The position numbers and the translations under genes were made by a program. Below are positions 19,781 to 28,481 of a stretch of 64,000 nt of DNA, in pieces. The stretch is from Lentisphaerota bacterium (GTDB taxonomy: Bacteria > Verrucomicrobiota > Kiritimatiellia > UBA8416 > VGWI01), in the NCBI GenBank assembly GCA_016873655.1, contig VGWI01000001.1, positions 71,983 to 135,982 on the forward strand. The letters are read 5' to 3'. The notes beneath the pieces are model-generated. The model ran no database searches, was not told where the DNA came from, and saw only the letters and a program-made list of their open reading frames with translations. Position 1 is the stretch's first letter. Each line of letters starts with the position of its first letter.

Positions 19781-20665
19781 TCAGAACGTTCTGGCGGGTG
19801 ATGCCAGCGTGACATACAGGCGCCAGAGCACCGGTCCCCAAAGCATCCACAGGAGGGCGCCGAGCGAGAGGTAGGGGCCGAACGGGATCCTGCTCTGCAT
19901 CTGCCTGCGGCCTGTCATTACGAGTGTGAGCCCCACCAGCGACCCGATCAGTGACGATGCGAGGATGGTGAAGAAGACGGCGCGGGACCCAAGGAATGCG
20001 CCGATTGCCCCCATCAGTTTGACGTCCCCGAAGCCCATGGCTTCCTTCTTGAACAGCCATTCGCCGACTGTTGCCGTGGCCCAGAGGAGTCCCCATCCCA
20101 GCGCGGCGCCCAGCGAAGACCACAGGAGGGCGCGCATGACCTCCGTCTCGCCGTGGAGCGACGGGACAAGCGCGCTCAGCGAGAGGCCGGCGACTATGCC
20201 GCCGAGCGTTACCCTGTCCGGGATGATGAAGTGTTCGAAGTCCACGAAGGTGCCCAGCACGAGACCCGAGACGGCCAGCCACAGGACAGGTACGAGCCTC
20301 CAGTCCGACATGGGCGCGAGGCCGAACATGCGCGGGCTACTGCAAAGGTCATACTTCAGCCAGACGAGGAGGAAGAGAATCCCGACCAGCAATTCCACGC
20401 CCACGTAGCGAGGCGAGATGCGGGTTCCGCAGAACCGGCACCGGCCCCGGAGCATGAGCCAGGAAAGAATCGGTACGTTCAGGTATGCCGGTATCTGCCG
20501 CCGGCAGGAAGGGCAGAACGATCTTGGCGACACGACGGACAGGTCAAGGGGAATGCGGTAGATGCAGACGTTGAGGAAGCTGCCCATGCAGGTTCCCCAC
20601 ACGAAAGACAAGGCTGCGAAAAAGCCGCGCCAGGGAAAATCCGCCAAGCCCGCCGTGCCGCTCAT
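19781..20665 (-). CDS. pilD: prepilin peptidase (A24 family; leader peptidase / N-methyltransferase)
   Basis: N-terminal Zn-binding CPSC...CRFC tetrad, multiple TM helices, and the catalytic Asp motifs IIPD and FGDVKLMGAIGAFLG. ATG overlaps the aroE stop (ATGA). Confidence 0.85.
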   Translation of the reverse strand: MSGTAGLADFPWRGFFAALSFVWGTCMGSFLNVCIYRIPLDLSVVSPRSFCPSCRRQIPAYLNVPILSWLMLRGRCRFCGTRISPRYVGVELLVGILFLLVWLKYDLCSSPRMFGLAPMSDWRLVPVLWLAVSGLVLGTFVDFEHFIIPDRVTLGGIVAGLSLSALVPSLHGETEVMRALLWSSLGAALGWGLLWATATVGEWLFKKEAMGFGDVKLMGAIGAFLGSRAVFFTILASSLIGSLVGLTLVMTGRRQMQSRIPFGPYLSLGALLWMLWGPVLWRLYVTLASPARTF

Positions 20666-21543
20666 GGTTTATCTCCGTAGACGGCCTGTTCCAGCGCCGC
20701 GCGCATCGCCTCCACGGCGGCCGGCCTGCCGGTCCAGATGGTGAAAGCCCGCGCGCCCTGGTGAAGCAGCATGCCGAGACCGTTTGCGCAGGCCGCGCCG
20801 GCTGCTTCCGCTTCGATCATGATACCCGTGCGCGGGTACATGTAGACGAGGTCGAACAGCAACTGCCCCTTGCCGAACGCGTTGCGGTCCATGAGGGGAG
20901 CGTCCGACTGTTTCATTCCGCAGGGGGTGGCCTGTATCACGACATCGCATGCCGCTGCCGCGTCGCGCCAGGTCTCCGGCCCGGCTCGAACCGCTGAGGA
21001 CTCCGTGCCGTGTTTGGCGGAGATCTCCTTCGCGAGTGACGCGGCCCTTGGCGAATCCACGTCAGTCACCAGGATTTTCCGTGCGCCGGCGTCCGCGCAG
21101 GCGATGGCGACGGCCCTGCCGGCGCCGCCGCTGCCGAGTATGAAGACGCTCTTGCCGGACGGGGTTGTGTTGAACGCTTCCCTGAAAGCGGCGAGGAATC
21201 CGGCGCCGTCGGTGTTATGGCCGCGCATGCCGCCGCCGGGGAACTCGACTGTGTTGACCGCGCCAAGCGTGCGAGCCGACTCGTCAAGGTCCGCGATGCC
21301 GCGAAAGGCAACCTCCTTGAGCGGCACGGTAAGGTTGACGCCGGCGAACCCCATTTCCCGCATGGCGGGCAGAACCGTCATCAACCGATCGGGGTGGACA
21401 TCGAAAGGCAGGTAGATTGCGTCCATCCCGAGTGACCGGAACGCCGCATTGTGCATTACCGGCGACAATGAGTGGCTGATGGGATGCCCGAGCACTGCGA
21501 ACGGTCTGGTCTTTCCGCTTAGCTGCGGCAAGGCGTTTTCCAC
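20662..21543 (-). CDS. aroE: shikimate dehydrogenase
   Basis: GHPISHSLSP substrate-binding motif, NLTVPLK, and GSGGAGRAV NADP-binding motif. GTG start preceded by GGAGG. Confidence 0.85.
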   Translation of the reverse strand: MENALPQLSGKTRPFAVLGHPISHSLSPVMHNAAFRSLGMDAIYLPFDVHPDRLMTVLPAMREMGFAGVNLTVPLKEVAFRGIADLDESARTLGAVNTVEFPGGGMRGHNTDGAGFLAAFREAFNTTPSGKSVFILGSGGAGRAVAIACADAGARKILVTDVDSPRAASLAKEISAKHGTESSAVRAGPETWRDAAAACDVVIQATPCGMKQSDAPLMDRNAFGKGQLLFDLVYMYPRTGIMIEAEAAGAACANGLGMLLHQGARAFTIWTGRPAAVEAMRAALEQAVYGDKP

Positions 21544-21569
21544 TGGAACACCTCCGTACTCAATACGTG

Positions 21570-23117
21570 TTACGGGCCCGGGTTCGGGGCTGCCGGCTTG
21601 CCGACGGCCAGATACCTATTCACGCATGAAAGATAGGCTTTTGCCCCCGCTTCCACAATATCAGTGCTTGCCGCCTTGGCTGTGAGGATGCAGCCGTGTT
21701 CGAACTCAACCCGCACATTCGCCTCGCCCTGTGCGTCCATCCCGACGGTCACGGACTGCAGGGAGAAGTCGAGCAGCCTGCCCTTGATGCCGGTGATGCG
21801 GTCGATCGTCTTCAGAGCGGCGTCGACCGGGCCGTCGCCGCAGCCGGCATCCTGGAACATGTCGCCGCCCTTCCGCAGTCTGACGTTTGCGGTCGGTGTC
21901 GTTCCGGTGCCGGCCGCGACATGCAGGTAGTCGAGTTCGTATGCGTTCGGCACTGCGTCGAAACTCTCGCGGACGATCGCGAGGATGTCATCGTCGTAGA
22001 TGTTCTTCTTCTTGTCCGCCAGCTCTATGAACCGGTCGTACGTGTTCTGCACTTCCTCATCGGTCAGAGTGATGCCCAGCCTCGCCAGCTTGTCGCGGAA
22101 AGCGTGTCTTCCGGAATGCTTGCCCAGCACCAGTTCGGAGCCTTCCATGCCGATGTCTTCCGGGCGCATTATTTCGTAGGTGGTGCGCTCCTTGAGTACG
22201 CCGTCCTGGTGGACCCCCGACTCGTGAGCAAAGGCGTTTGCGCCGACGATGGCCTTGTTGCGCTGAACGGCTATGCCGGTCATGCTGCTGACCATTCTGC
22301 TGGTGCGATAGATTTCGCGCGTATTGACCCCGGTCTCCAGCCTGAAGCAATCGTGCCTTGTGCGGATTGCCATTACGGCCTCTTCCAGGGACGTGTTGCC
22401 CGCGCGTTCGCCGAGCCCGTTTACCGAGCACTCGATCTGCCTTGCCCCGGCCAGCACGCCGGCCAGTGAGTTGGCAACCGCCATGCCCAGGTCGTCGTGG
22501 CAATGAACGGAGAAGACGATTCCCGGCACCTTGATCCGCGAGATGAGGAACGAAATCAGTTCCGCGAACTCGTGTGGAACCGCATAGCCGACGGTGTCGG
22601 GAATGTTCAGGGTTGTTGCGCCCGCTTCCGCGGCGGCGGTATAGAGGTCCACCAGGTATTCCCGGTCGGATCTCGTGGTATCCTGCGCGGAGTATTCGAC
22701 GTCGTCGGTGAATGTCCGGGCCAGCCTGACGGACTTCGCCGACCGCTCAATGTTCTGGGCGCGCGTCACCTTCAGAATGCTCTTCAGGTGTATGTCGCTT
22801 CCCGAGCTGAACGTGTGGATTCGCCGTTTGGTCGCGGGCGCTATGGCTTTCCCCGCTGCCTCTATGTCTCTTTCAACCGTGCGCGCGAGGGCGGCAATCG
22901 TGGGGCCGACGACAGCTTCCGCGATCGCCCGGACGGCATTGAAGTCATCCGGGGACGCTATCGGGAAGCCGGCCTCTATAACGTCAACCTTCAGCGAGGC
23001 CAGTGCGTGGGCTATTTCCAGTTTCTCGCGGTGGTTCAGGCTTGCGCCAGGCGCCTGCTCGCCGTCGCGCAGGGTTGTGTCGAATATGATTACCCTGTCT
23101 TTGGCTTCGCTGTTCAC
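21570..23117 (-). CDS. leuA: 2-isopropylmalate synthase
   Basis: IFDTTLRDGEQ, HCHDDLGMAVANSL and a C-terminal LeuA-dimer regulatory domain, at about 515 aa. GTG start overlaps the ilvH TGA. Citramalate synthase cannot be excluded. Confidence 0.8.
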   Translation of the reverse strand: MNSEAKDRVIIFDTTLRDGEQAPGASLNHREKLEIAHALASLKVDVIEAGFPIASPDDFNAVRAIAEAVVGPTIAALARTVERDIEAAGKAIAPATKRRIHTFSSGSDIHLKSILKVTRAQNIERSAKSVRLARTFTDDVEYSAQDTTRSDREYLVDLYTAAAEAGATTLNIPDTVGYAVPHEFAELISFLISRIKVPGIVFSVHCHDDLGMAVANSLAGVLAGARQIECSVNGLGERAGNTSLEEAVMAIRTRHDCFRLETGVNTREIYRTSRMVSSMTGIAVQRNKAIVGANAFAHESGVHQDGVLKERTTYEIMRPEDIGMEGSELVLGKHSGRHAFRDKLARLGITLTDEEVQNTYDRFIELADKKKNIYDDDILAIVRESFDAVPNAYELDYLHVAAGTGTTPTANVRLRKGGDMFQDAGCGDGPVDAALKTIDRITGIKGRLLDFSLQSVTVGMDAQGEANVRVEFEHGCILTAKAASTDIVEAGAKAYLSCVNRYLAVGKPAAPNPGP

Positions 23118-23602
23118 GGTTTCACCTGCTCGCCCCGTGCGACGGCTATGACGCCGCTGCGGGACACGTCGAGGACCTTGAAAGGCTTCAGCATTTCGAT
23201 CAGGTCATTGACCTTTTCCTTTTCGCCGACCATCTGGATCGTGAGCGAGCCTGACTGGACGGACACGACTTTGGCCTCGAACAGGTCCGCCAGTCCGACG
23301 ATTTCCGCACGGCTTTTCGCCGGCGCGGCCACCTCTATGAGCGCCAGTTCCCTGTTGAGGTAGCGGCGCTGCGTGAGGTCGGTCACCTTCACCACGTCCA
23401 CCAGCTTGTTGAGCTGTTTCATCACCTGCTCCAGCACTCGGTCATCCCCCGGGACGGTCATGGTCATCCGTGAGAGGCCGGCGTCCTGGGTCGGGGCCAC
23501 GTTGAGGCTTTCTATGTTGAAACCTCTTCCGGAGATAAGGCCGACGATGCGGGCCAGGACTCCGGGCTGGTTTTCGACCAAAGCTGAAATAACGTGTTTC
23601 AT
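23114..23602 (-). CDS. ilvH: acetolactate synthase small (regulatory) subunit, ACT domain
   Basis: MKHVISALVENQPGVLARIVGLISGRGFNIESL is the classic IlvH/IlvN ACT-domain N-terminus. Start refined to the ATG at 23602 after GGAG. Confidence 0.85.
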   Translation of the reverse strand: MKHVISALVENQPGVLARIVGLISGRGFNIESLNVAPTQDAGLSRMTMTVPGDDRVLEQVMKQLNKLVDVVKVTDLTQRRYLNRELALIEVAAPAKSRAEIVGLADLFEAKVVSVQSGSLTIQMVGEKEKVNDLIEMLKPFKVLDVSRSGVIAVARGEQVKP

Positions 23603-23652
23603 CTGGTTTCTCCGGTTCTCCAACTTCTCAACCTGTCATTTCCTGCAGGGCT

Positions 23653-25374
23653 TCACGCCATACTGTGAACCATTTCAATCAGCGAGGCGCCCGGCGGCAC
23701 CATCGGGTAAACGTTGGCATTCTCGCTCACCACGCAGTCGAGCACGACCGGTCTGGGCGTGCTGAACGCCTTTTTCAGGGCAGATTTCACTTCCGACTGC
23801 CTGGTCACGCGCATGCCGACGGCCCCGTGCGCTTCCGCCAGCTTCACGAAGTCCGGGAGGTATTGCCCGGGCTTCCTGTCCGGGATGTTTTCCACCCGGT
23901 TCCGGCCAGTGGTTTTCAGCACCGACGCCGAATACTCGCCCTTGTAGAACATCTCCTGCCACTGGCGGACCATGCCGAGGTGTCCGTTGTTCAGGATCAC
24001 GACCTTGATCGGCAGGTCATGCTCCACCGCCACGACCAGTTCCTGGAAGTTCATCTGCGTGCTGCCGTCTCCCCCTATGTCGACGACAAGCGCGTCGCGT
24101 TTGCCGAATTGCGCGCCGATCGCCGCCGGCAGCCCGTACCCCATTGTGCCCAGGCCGCCCGAGCTCAGGAACGTGCGCGGCTTCGTGTACTTGAAGAAGT
24201 GCGCCGCCCACATTTGGTGCTGGCCGACCTCGGTTGTGATGATCGCCTTTCCGCGTGTCAGTTCGTACACCTGTTCGATGACGTACTGCGGAAGCAGTTG
24301 CGATGACTTGGTGTCGTAGGAGAAGGGGAACTCCTTCATCCATGCGTTCACCGACGCGAGCCATTCCCTGTGTCCGCCCTTGTCCACGAGCGGCAGCAGC
24401 TTCTGCAGGACGGGCTTGGCGTGACCGACGACCGGGATATCAACGGTCACGCTCTTGTCTATCGAGGAAGGGTCGATATCAATGTGCGCCTTCTTCGCCG
24501 CTGTGGCGAACTCGGATATTTTTCCTGTGACGCGGTCGTCGAACCTGGCCCCCACCGATATCAGCAGGTCGCATTCGCTCACAGCCCTGTTGGCTGCGAC
24601 GCTGCCGTGCATTCCCAGCATGCGCAGTGAGAGCGGGTCGGTCTCGGGGAACGCTCCGAGCCCCATCAGCGTCGTCGTGACAGGTATTCTGGCCTTTCTG
24701 GCAAGGGCTGTAAGCTCCCTTGATGCGTCGCCTGCTATGACGCCGCCGCCCACGTAGAGAAGGGGGCGCGCAGCCTTGTTGATCGCCTCCGCAAGCCGCG
24801 CGATCTGCTTGGAGTTCCCCTCGAAGGCCGGCCTGTAGCCGCGGAAGGACAATTCCTTCGGCGTGGTCTTGTCCGTCGAGGCCCGCTGCACGTCCTTCGG
24901 GACGTCGATCAGTACAGGGCCAGGCTTGCCCGAACGAGCCACGTAGAAAGCTTCCGCGATGGTGCGCGGGAGGTCGTCCACGTTGCGGACGAGGTAGTTG
25001 TGCTTGGTGACGGCCCTGGTGATGCCGGTTGTATCGGCCTCCTGGAACGCATCGTTGCCGATCATGGAAGACGGCACCTGGCCTGATATGCACACCATCG
25101 GTATGCCGTCCATGGCGGCCGTCGCGAGGCCGGTGACAGTATTGGTGGCGCCGGGGCCGGAGGTGACGAGGCAGCATCCGACCTTGCCGGTTGCCCGCGC
25201 GTAGCCGTCCGCCATGTGGGCGGCGCCCTGCTCATGGCGCACCAGCACGAACTCGAGCGACGAATGGTACAGCTCGCTGAAGATGTCCAGCACTGATCCG
25301 CCGGGTAGTCCGAATATGGTCTTCACGCCCTGTCTCTTCAGGCCGTCTATTATGCACTGGGCTCCGGTCTTCAT
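23653..25374 (-). CDS. ilvB: acetolactate synthase large (catalytic) subunit, ThDP-dependent
   Basis: Three ThDP-enzyme domains, including GDGS...NNGHLGMV (ThDP/Mg-binding) and the N-terminal GLPGGSVLDIFSEL. Start refined to the ATG at 25374 (MKTGAQ) after GGAGACGAAA. Confidence 0.9.
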   Translation of the reverse strand: MKTGAQCIIDGLKRQGVKTIFGLPGGSVLDIFSELYHSSLEFVLVRHEQGAAHMADGYARATGKVGCCLVTSGPGATNTVTGLATAAMDGIPMVCISGQVPSSMIGNDAFQEADTTGITRAVTKHNYLVRNVDDLPRTIAEAFYVARSGKPGPVLIDVPKDVQRASTDKTTPKELSFRGYRPAFEGNSKQIARLAEAINKAARPLLYVGGGVIAGDASRELTALARKARIPVTTTLMGLGAFPETDPLSLRMLGMHGSVAANRAVSECDLLISVGARFDDRVTGKISEFATAAKKAHIDIDPSSIDKSVTVDIPVVGHAKPVLQKLLPLVDKGGHREWLASVNAWMKEFPFSYDTKSSQLLPQYVIEQVYELTRGKAIITTEVGQHQMWAAHFFKYTKPRTFLSSGGLGTMGYGLPAAIGAQFGKRDALVVDIGGDGSTQMNFQELVVAVEHDLPIKVVILNNGHLGMVRQWQEMFYKGEYSASVLKTTGRNRVENIPDRKPGQYLPDFVKLAEAHGAVGMRVTRQSEVKSALKKAFSTPRPVVLDCVVSENANVYPMVPPGASLIEMVHSMA

Positions 25375-25418
25375 TTTCGTCTCCGCTCGTGTTCTCTTTC
25401 TCATGGCGCCGTGCTTTG

Positions 25419-25455
25419 TCCAGAAAGCAAAAACCCACCGCGAAGTCACGGTGGG
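25419..25455 (-). terminator. intrinsic terminator (attenuator) in the ilvB 5' leader
   Basis: On the minus strand: CCCACCG-ugacuucg-CGGUGGG stem-loop followed by UUUUUGCUUUCUGG, ending about 45 nt upstream of the ilvB ATG. Confidence 0.55.
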
Positions 25456-25487
25456 TCCTTAAGGACATTGGAGAGGGCGGCGCGCTC

Positions 25488-25586
25488 TTACCTTCTCTCC
25501 ACCGTGACGCGCACCGCACCTACGAGGCGCAGTACGAGCCCCGCTCCTACACCTGCAAGCGTCACGGATGGAGTTGTCCTGTCCAT
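25488..25586 (-). CDS. candidate ilv leader peptide (32 aa, Val/Leu-rich)
   Basis: Minus-strand small ORF ATG...TAA encoding MDRTTPSVTLAGVGAGLVLRLVGAVRVTVERR, with 7 Val, 4 Leu and 0 Ile. Its 3' codons (GUC ACG GUG GAG) are exactly complementary to the 5' arm of the downstream terminator. Confidence 0.45.
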   Translation of the reverse strand: MDRTTPSVTLAGVGAGLVLRLVGAVRVTVERR

Positions 25587-25741
25587 AGCAGCGTGGAGAG
25601 TAGCACCTGCCGCGGGTGGCAGTCAACGCGGAAAACGGCACTGAAATAGCGAGTTTTCGCGTTCCTTGACACGGGGTGGGGGTTGTGTGATTAATCGCCG
25701 GAGTTATCCGGCTCGGTTGCCGGTTCCCGGGGGATGATCTC

Positions 25742-26956
25742 ATGCGCATCAAGCCGTTTACGGCGCTCTGTCCGCCGGTCGAGGTGGCTGCCAGTGTTTC
25801 GGCTCCGCCATACGACACGATTGAGGAAGACCAGGCGCGCGCGGTGGTGTCCGCGAATCCCCGGAGTTTTCTCCGCATCTCCAGGCCTGAAGCGGACATG
25901 GAAGGGAAGGCGGATCCGCACGGCCCGGAGGCATATGCCAGGGCTGCCTCGAACTTCGCCGAGTTCCGGGCCACGCGTCTTCTGGTGCGAGAGGCGAACC
26001 CCGGTATGTTTCTATACAGGCTTTCAAAGGATGGGCACTCGCAGACGGGGGTCGTTGCGTGCTGTCATACCGCCGACTACGGCAGCGGAGTGATAAAGAG
26101 GCATGAGAAGACCCGGATTGAGAAGGAGAATGACAGGGCCGCGATGATCCGCGCCTTGAGGGGCAATACCGAGCCCGTACTGCTCGCATACCGGGACAGG
26201 CCGGGAATAGACGCCTGTGTTTCCGGGATTGCCGCCGGGGCGCCGAGATACGACTTCACGGCGGCGGACGGAGTGCGGCACACGCTCTGGGCGGTGGCGG
26301 GCGGCGCGGGGCTTGACGCGATGTTCGCGAAGGTTCCGGGCGCGTACATAGCCGACGGGCACCACCGGGCGGCGGCCGCGGCCCGTGTCGCCGCCGGAGA
26401 GCAGGTCGGGGGCGGCTCAGGCGAATGCGGTGACCGTGAGTGGTTCCTTGGGGTGCTTTTCCCCGCATCCCAGCTCAACGTGATGCCCTACAACCGGTGT
26501 TTGAGCGACTTGAACGGGCTGAGCGAGAAGGAATTCGCCGAAGCGGCTGCGCGTGCTTTCAAGCTTGAGCCGTGTGACGGACCGAGCCCGGTCTGTGCGC
26601 GCGACATTCGCATGTATATGGGCGGACGCTGGCACAGGCTCACGTGGAACGGGGAGCCTGGCGGAGATCCGGTGGCGTCGCTGGACGTCAGCGTTCTCCA
26701 GGACCGCTTGCTGGGGCCGGCGATAGGCGTGACGGATCCGAGAACCGACAAACGTCTCATATACGTCGGAGGCATACACGGGACCGCGGAGCTGGTGAGG
26801 CTGGTTGACTGTGGAAGGGCCAGGGCGGCTTTTTCGATGTTCCCGACTTCGGTCGAGCAGGTGATGGCCGTCTCGGACAGCGGGCGCATGATGCCGCCCA
26901 AGAGCACGTGGTTTGAGCCGAAGCCGCGGTCAGGCCTGTTCGTGCAAACGTTCTGA
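25742..26956 (+). CDS. DUF1015 domain-containing protein
   Basis: Conserved DUF1015 motifs APPYD, YIADGHHR and GGIHG. 404 aa. Confidence 0.7.
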   Translation: MRIKPFTALCPPVEVAASVSAPPYDTIEEDQARAVVSANPRSFLRISRPEADMEGKADPHGPEAYARAASNFAEFRATRLLVREANPGMFLYRLSKDGHSQTGVVACCHTADYGSGVIKRHEKTRIEKENDRAAMIRALRGNTEPVLLAYRDRPGIDACVSGIAAGAPRYDFTAADGVRHTLWAVAGGAGLDAMFAKVPGAYIADGHHRAAAAARVAAGEQVGGGSGECGDREWFLGVLFPASQLNVMPYNRCLSDLNGLSEKEFAEAAARAFKLEPCDGPSPVCARDIRMYMGGRWHRLTWNGEPGGDPVASLDVSVLQDRLLGPAIGVTDPRTDKRLIYVGGIHGTAELVRLVDCGRARAAFSMFPTSVEQVMAVSDSGRMMPPKSTWFEPKPRSGLFVQTF

Positions 26957-26996
26957 AGTGCCGGCCGGAGACCGGCGTGCGATCGGGATCGGGCCA

Positions 26997-28481
26997 ATGA
27001 AGACGCCTGAGAACATTCTCCGTAAACTGAAGGAACTGCCTGAGAAGCCTGGCTGTTACCTCATGCGGGATGCGCGGGGGACGATCATATACGTCGGGAA
27101 GGCCGCCTCGCTCCGCAAGCGCGTGCAGTCCTACTTCCGCCGGGCCACTCTGCGTTCAGGATCGCCGAAGCTTCGCGGCATGGTCCGGAGCATCGCTGAT
27201 TTCGACCATGTTGTGACCAGGAACGAGGCCGAGGCGGCGTTGACCGAAGGCCGCTGGATCAAGGATTACCGTCCCAGGTACAACATCAGTTTTCGCGACG
27301 ACAAGAGATTTCTTCTTCTCAGGGCGGACCCGCGGCAGGTTTTGCCCAGGTTCGCCCCGTGCAGGATCAGGAAGCCTGACCAATCGGTGTATTTCGGGCC
27401 CTACGCGTCATCGTCCGCCGCGCGGGCGACTCTTGATTTTGTGGAGAAACGGTTCGGCCTGCGCCGTTGCAAGGCGGTGCTTCCCGACGCCGAGACGCAC
27501 CGGCACTGCATAGACGACGTTGTCCGCACATGTTCGGCGCCGTGTGTAGGGAAGGTGGATGTTTCCGGGTACAGACGCCGGTTCGAAGAAGCGTGCGCGT
27601 TCCTGCGCGGAGAAAGACGGTCCGTGCTTGCAGACCTGCGCGAGTCGATGCGGGCGGCATCGAACGATATGGCGTTTGAGCGTGCCGCCGCCCTGAGGGA
27701 CCTCCTGCTGTCGTTGCATGCGACCGTTCGGCAGAGAGCACGTGCGCCGGCTTCGCCGGCGGCGGTGAGGGACAGGGCGGAAGAGGGGATCCGGGAGTTG
27801 GCCGGCGCGCTCGGTCTGCCGGCGGCCCCGAGAATCATCGAGGCATTCGACATATCGAACACGTTTGGTGAGAACGCCGTTGCCAGCATGGTGGTGGCCG
27901 AAGACGGGATTCCGCAGAAGAGACGGTACCGCCGTTTCCGTATCCGGTCCGTTCGCGGGATTGACGATGCGGCGATGATGGCGGAAGTGGTGGAAAGGCG
28001 GTGCCGGGCCCTTGATCCGGCCGGCCAGAGGCGTCCCGACCTGGTGCTGGTGGATGGCGGGCTGGCGCAACTGGGCGCCGCGAGGAAGGTCCTCGACGCG
28101 ATGGGTTGGGGGGACGTCCCTGCCGCCGGACTGGCGAAACGGCTCGAAGAGGTGTTTCTTGCCGGGAGTTCGGAGCCGGTAAGGTTGAGGTCCGACTCGC
28201 CCGGTTTGCTTGTTCTTCGCCGGATACGCGATGAGGCGCATAGGTTTGCCCTGACCCATCATCGATCCATACGAGAGAGGCGGATCAGGGATTCCCGGCT
28301 TGACGAGATTCCCGGTATAGGCGAAACGCGGAAGCGGCTGTTGTTGTCCAGGTTCGGGTCTGTTCGCGCGATACGATCGGCGACGGCGGATGAGCTGGCC
28401 GAAGTCGCCGGTATAGGACGGGTAACCGCGCGCATGGTTCTCGAAGGACTGGGCGAGCCGGGAGTCAGGCGGGAGACATGA
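26997..28481 (+). CDS. uvrC: excinuclease ABC subunit C (short form)
   Basis: N-terminal GIY-YIG (GCYLMRD...IIYVGKA...YN), UvrBC-interaction region, RNase H-like endonuclease domain and C-terminal HhH (GIGRVTARMVLEGLG). Start refined to the ATG at 26997. Confidence 0.8.
   Translation: MKTPENILRKLKELPEKPGCYLMRDARGTIIYVGKAASLRKRVQSYFRRATLRSGSPKLRGMVRSIADFDHVVTRNEAEAALTEGRWIKDYRPRYNISFRDDKRFLLLRADPRQVLPRFAPCRIRKPDQSVYFGPYASSSAARATLDFVEKRFGLRRCKAVLPDAETHRHCIDDVVRTCSAPCVGKVDVSGYRRRFEEACAFLRGERRSVLADLRESMRAASNDMAFERAAALRDLLLSLHATVRQRARAPASPAAVRDRAEEGIRELAGALGLPAAPRIIEAFDISNTFGENAVASMVVAEDGIPQKRRYRRFRIRSVRGIDDAAMMAEVVERRCRALDPAGQRRPDLVLVDGGLAQLGAARKVLDAMGWGDVPAAGLAKRLEEVFLAGSSEPVRLRSDSPGLLVLRRIRDEAHRFALTHHRSIRERRIRDSRLDEIPGIGETRKRLLLSRFGSVRAIRSATADELAEVAGIGRVTARMVLEGLGEPGVRRET

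Noticed and set aside
25375-25741. T-box leader upstream of ilvB
   Set aside because: No specifier-loop or T-box consensus (AATTAGGGTGGNACCGCG-like) is present. The region fits a leader-peptide attenuator better.
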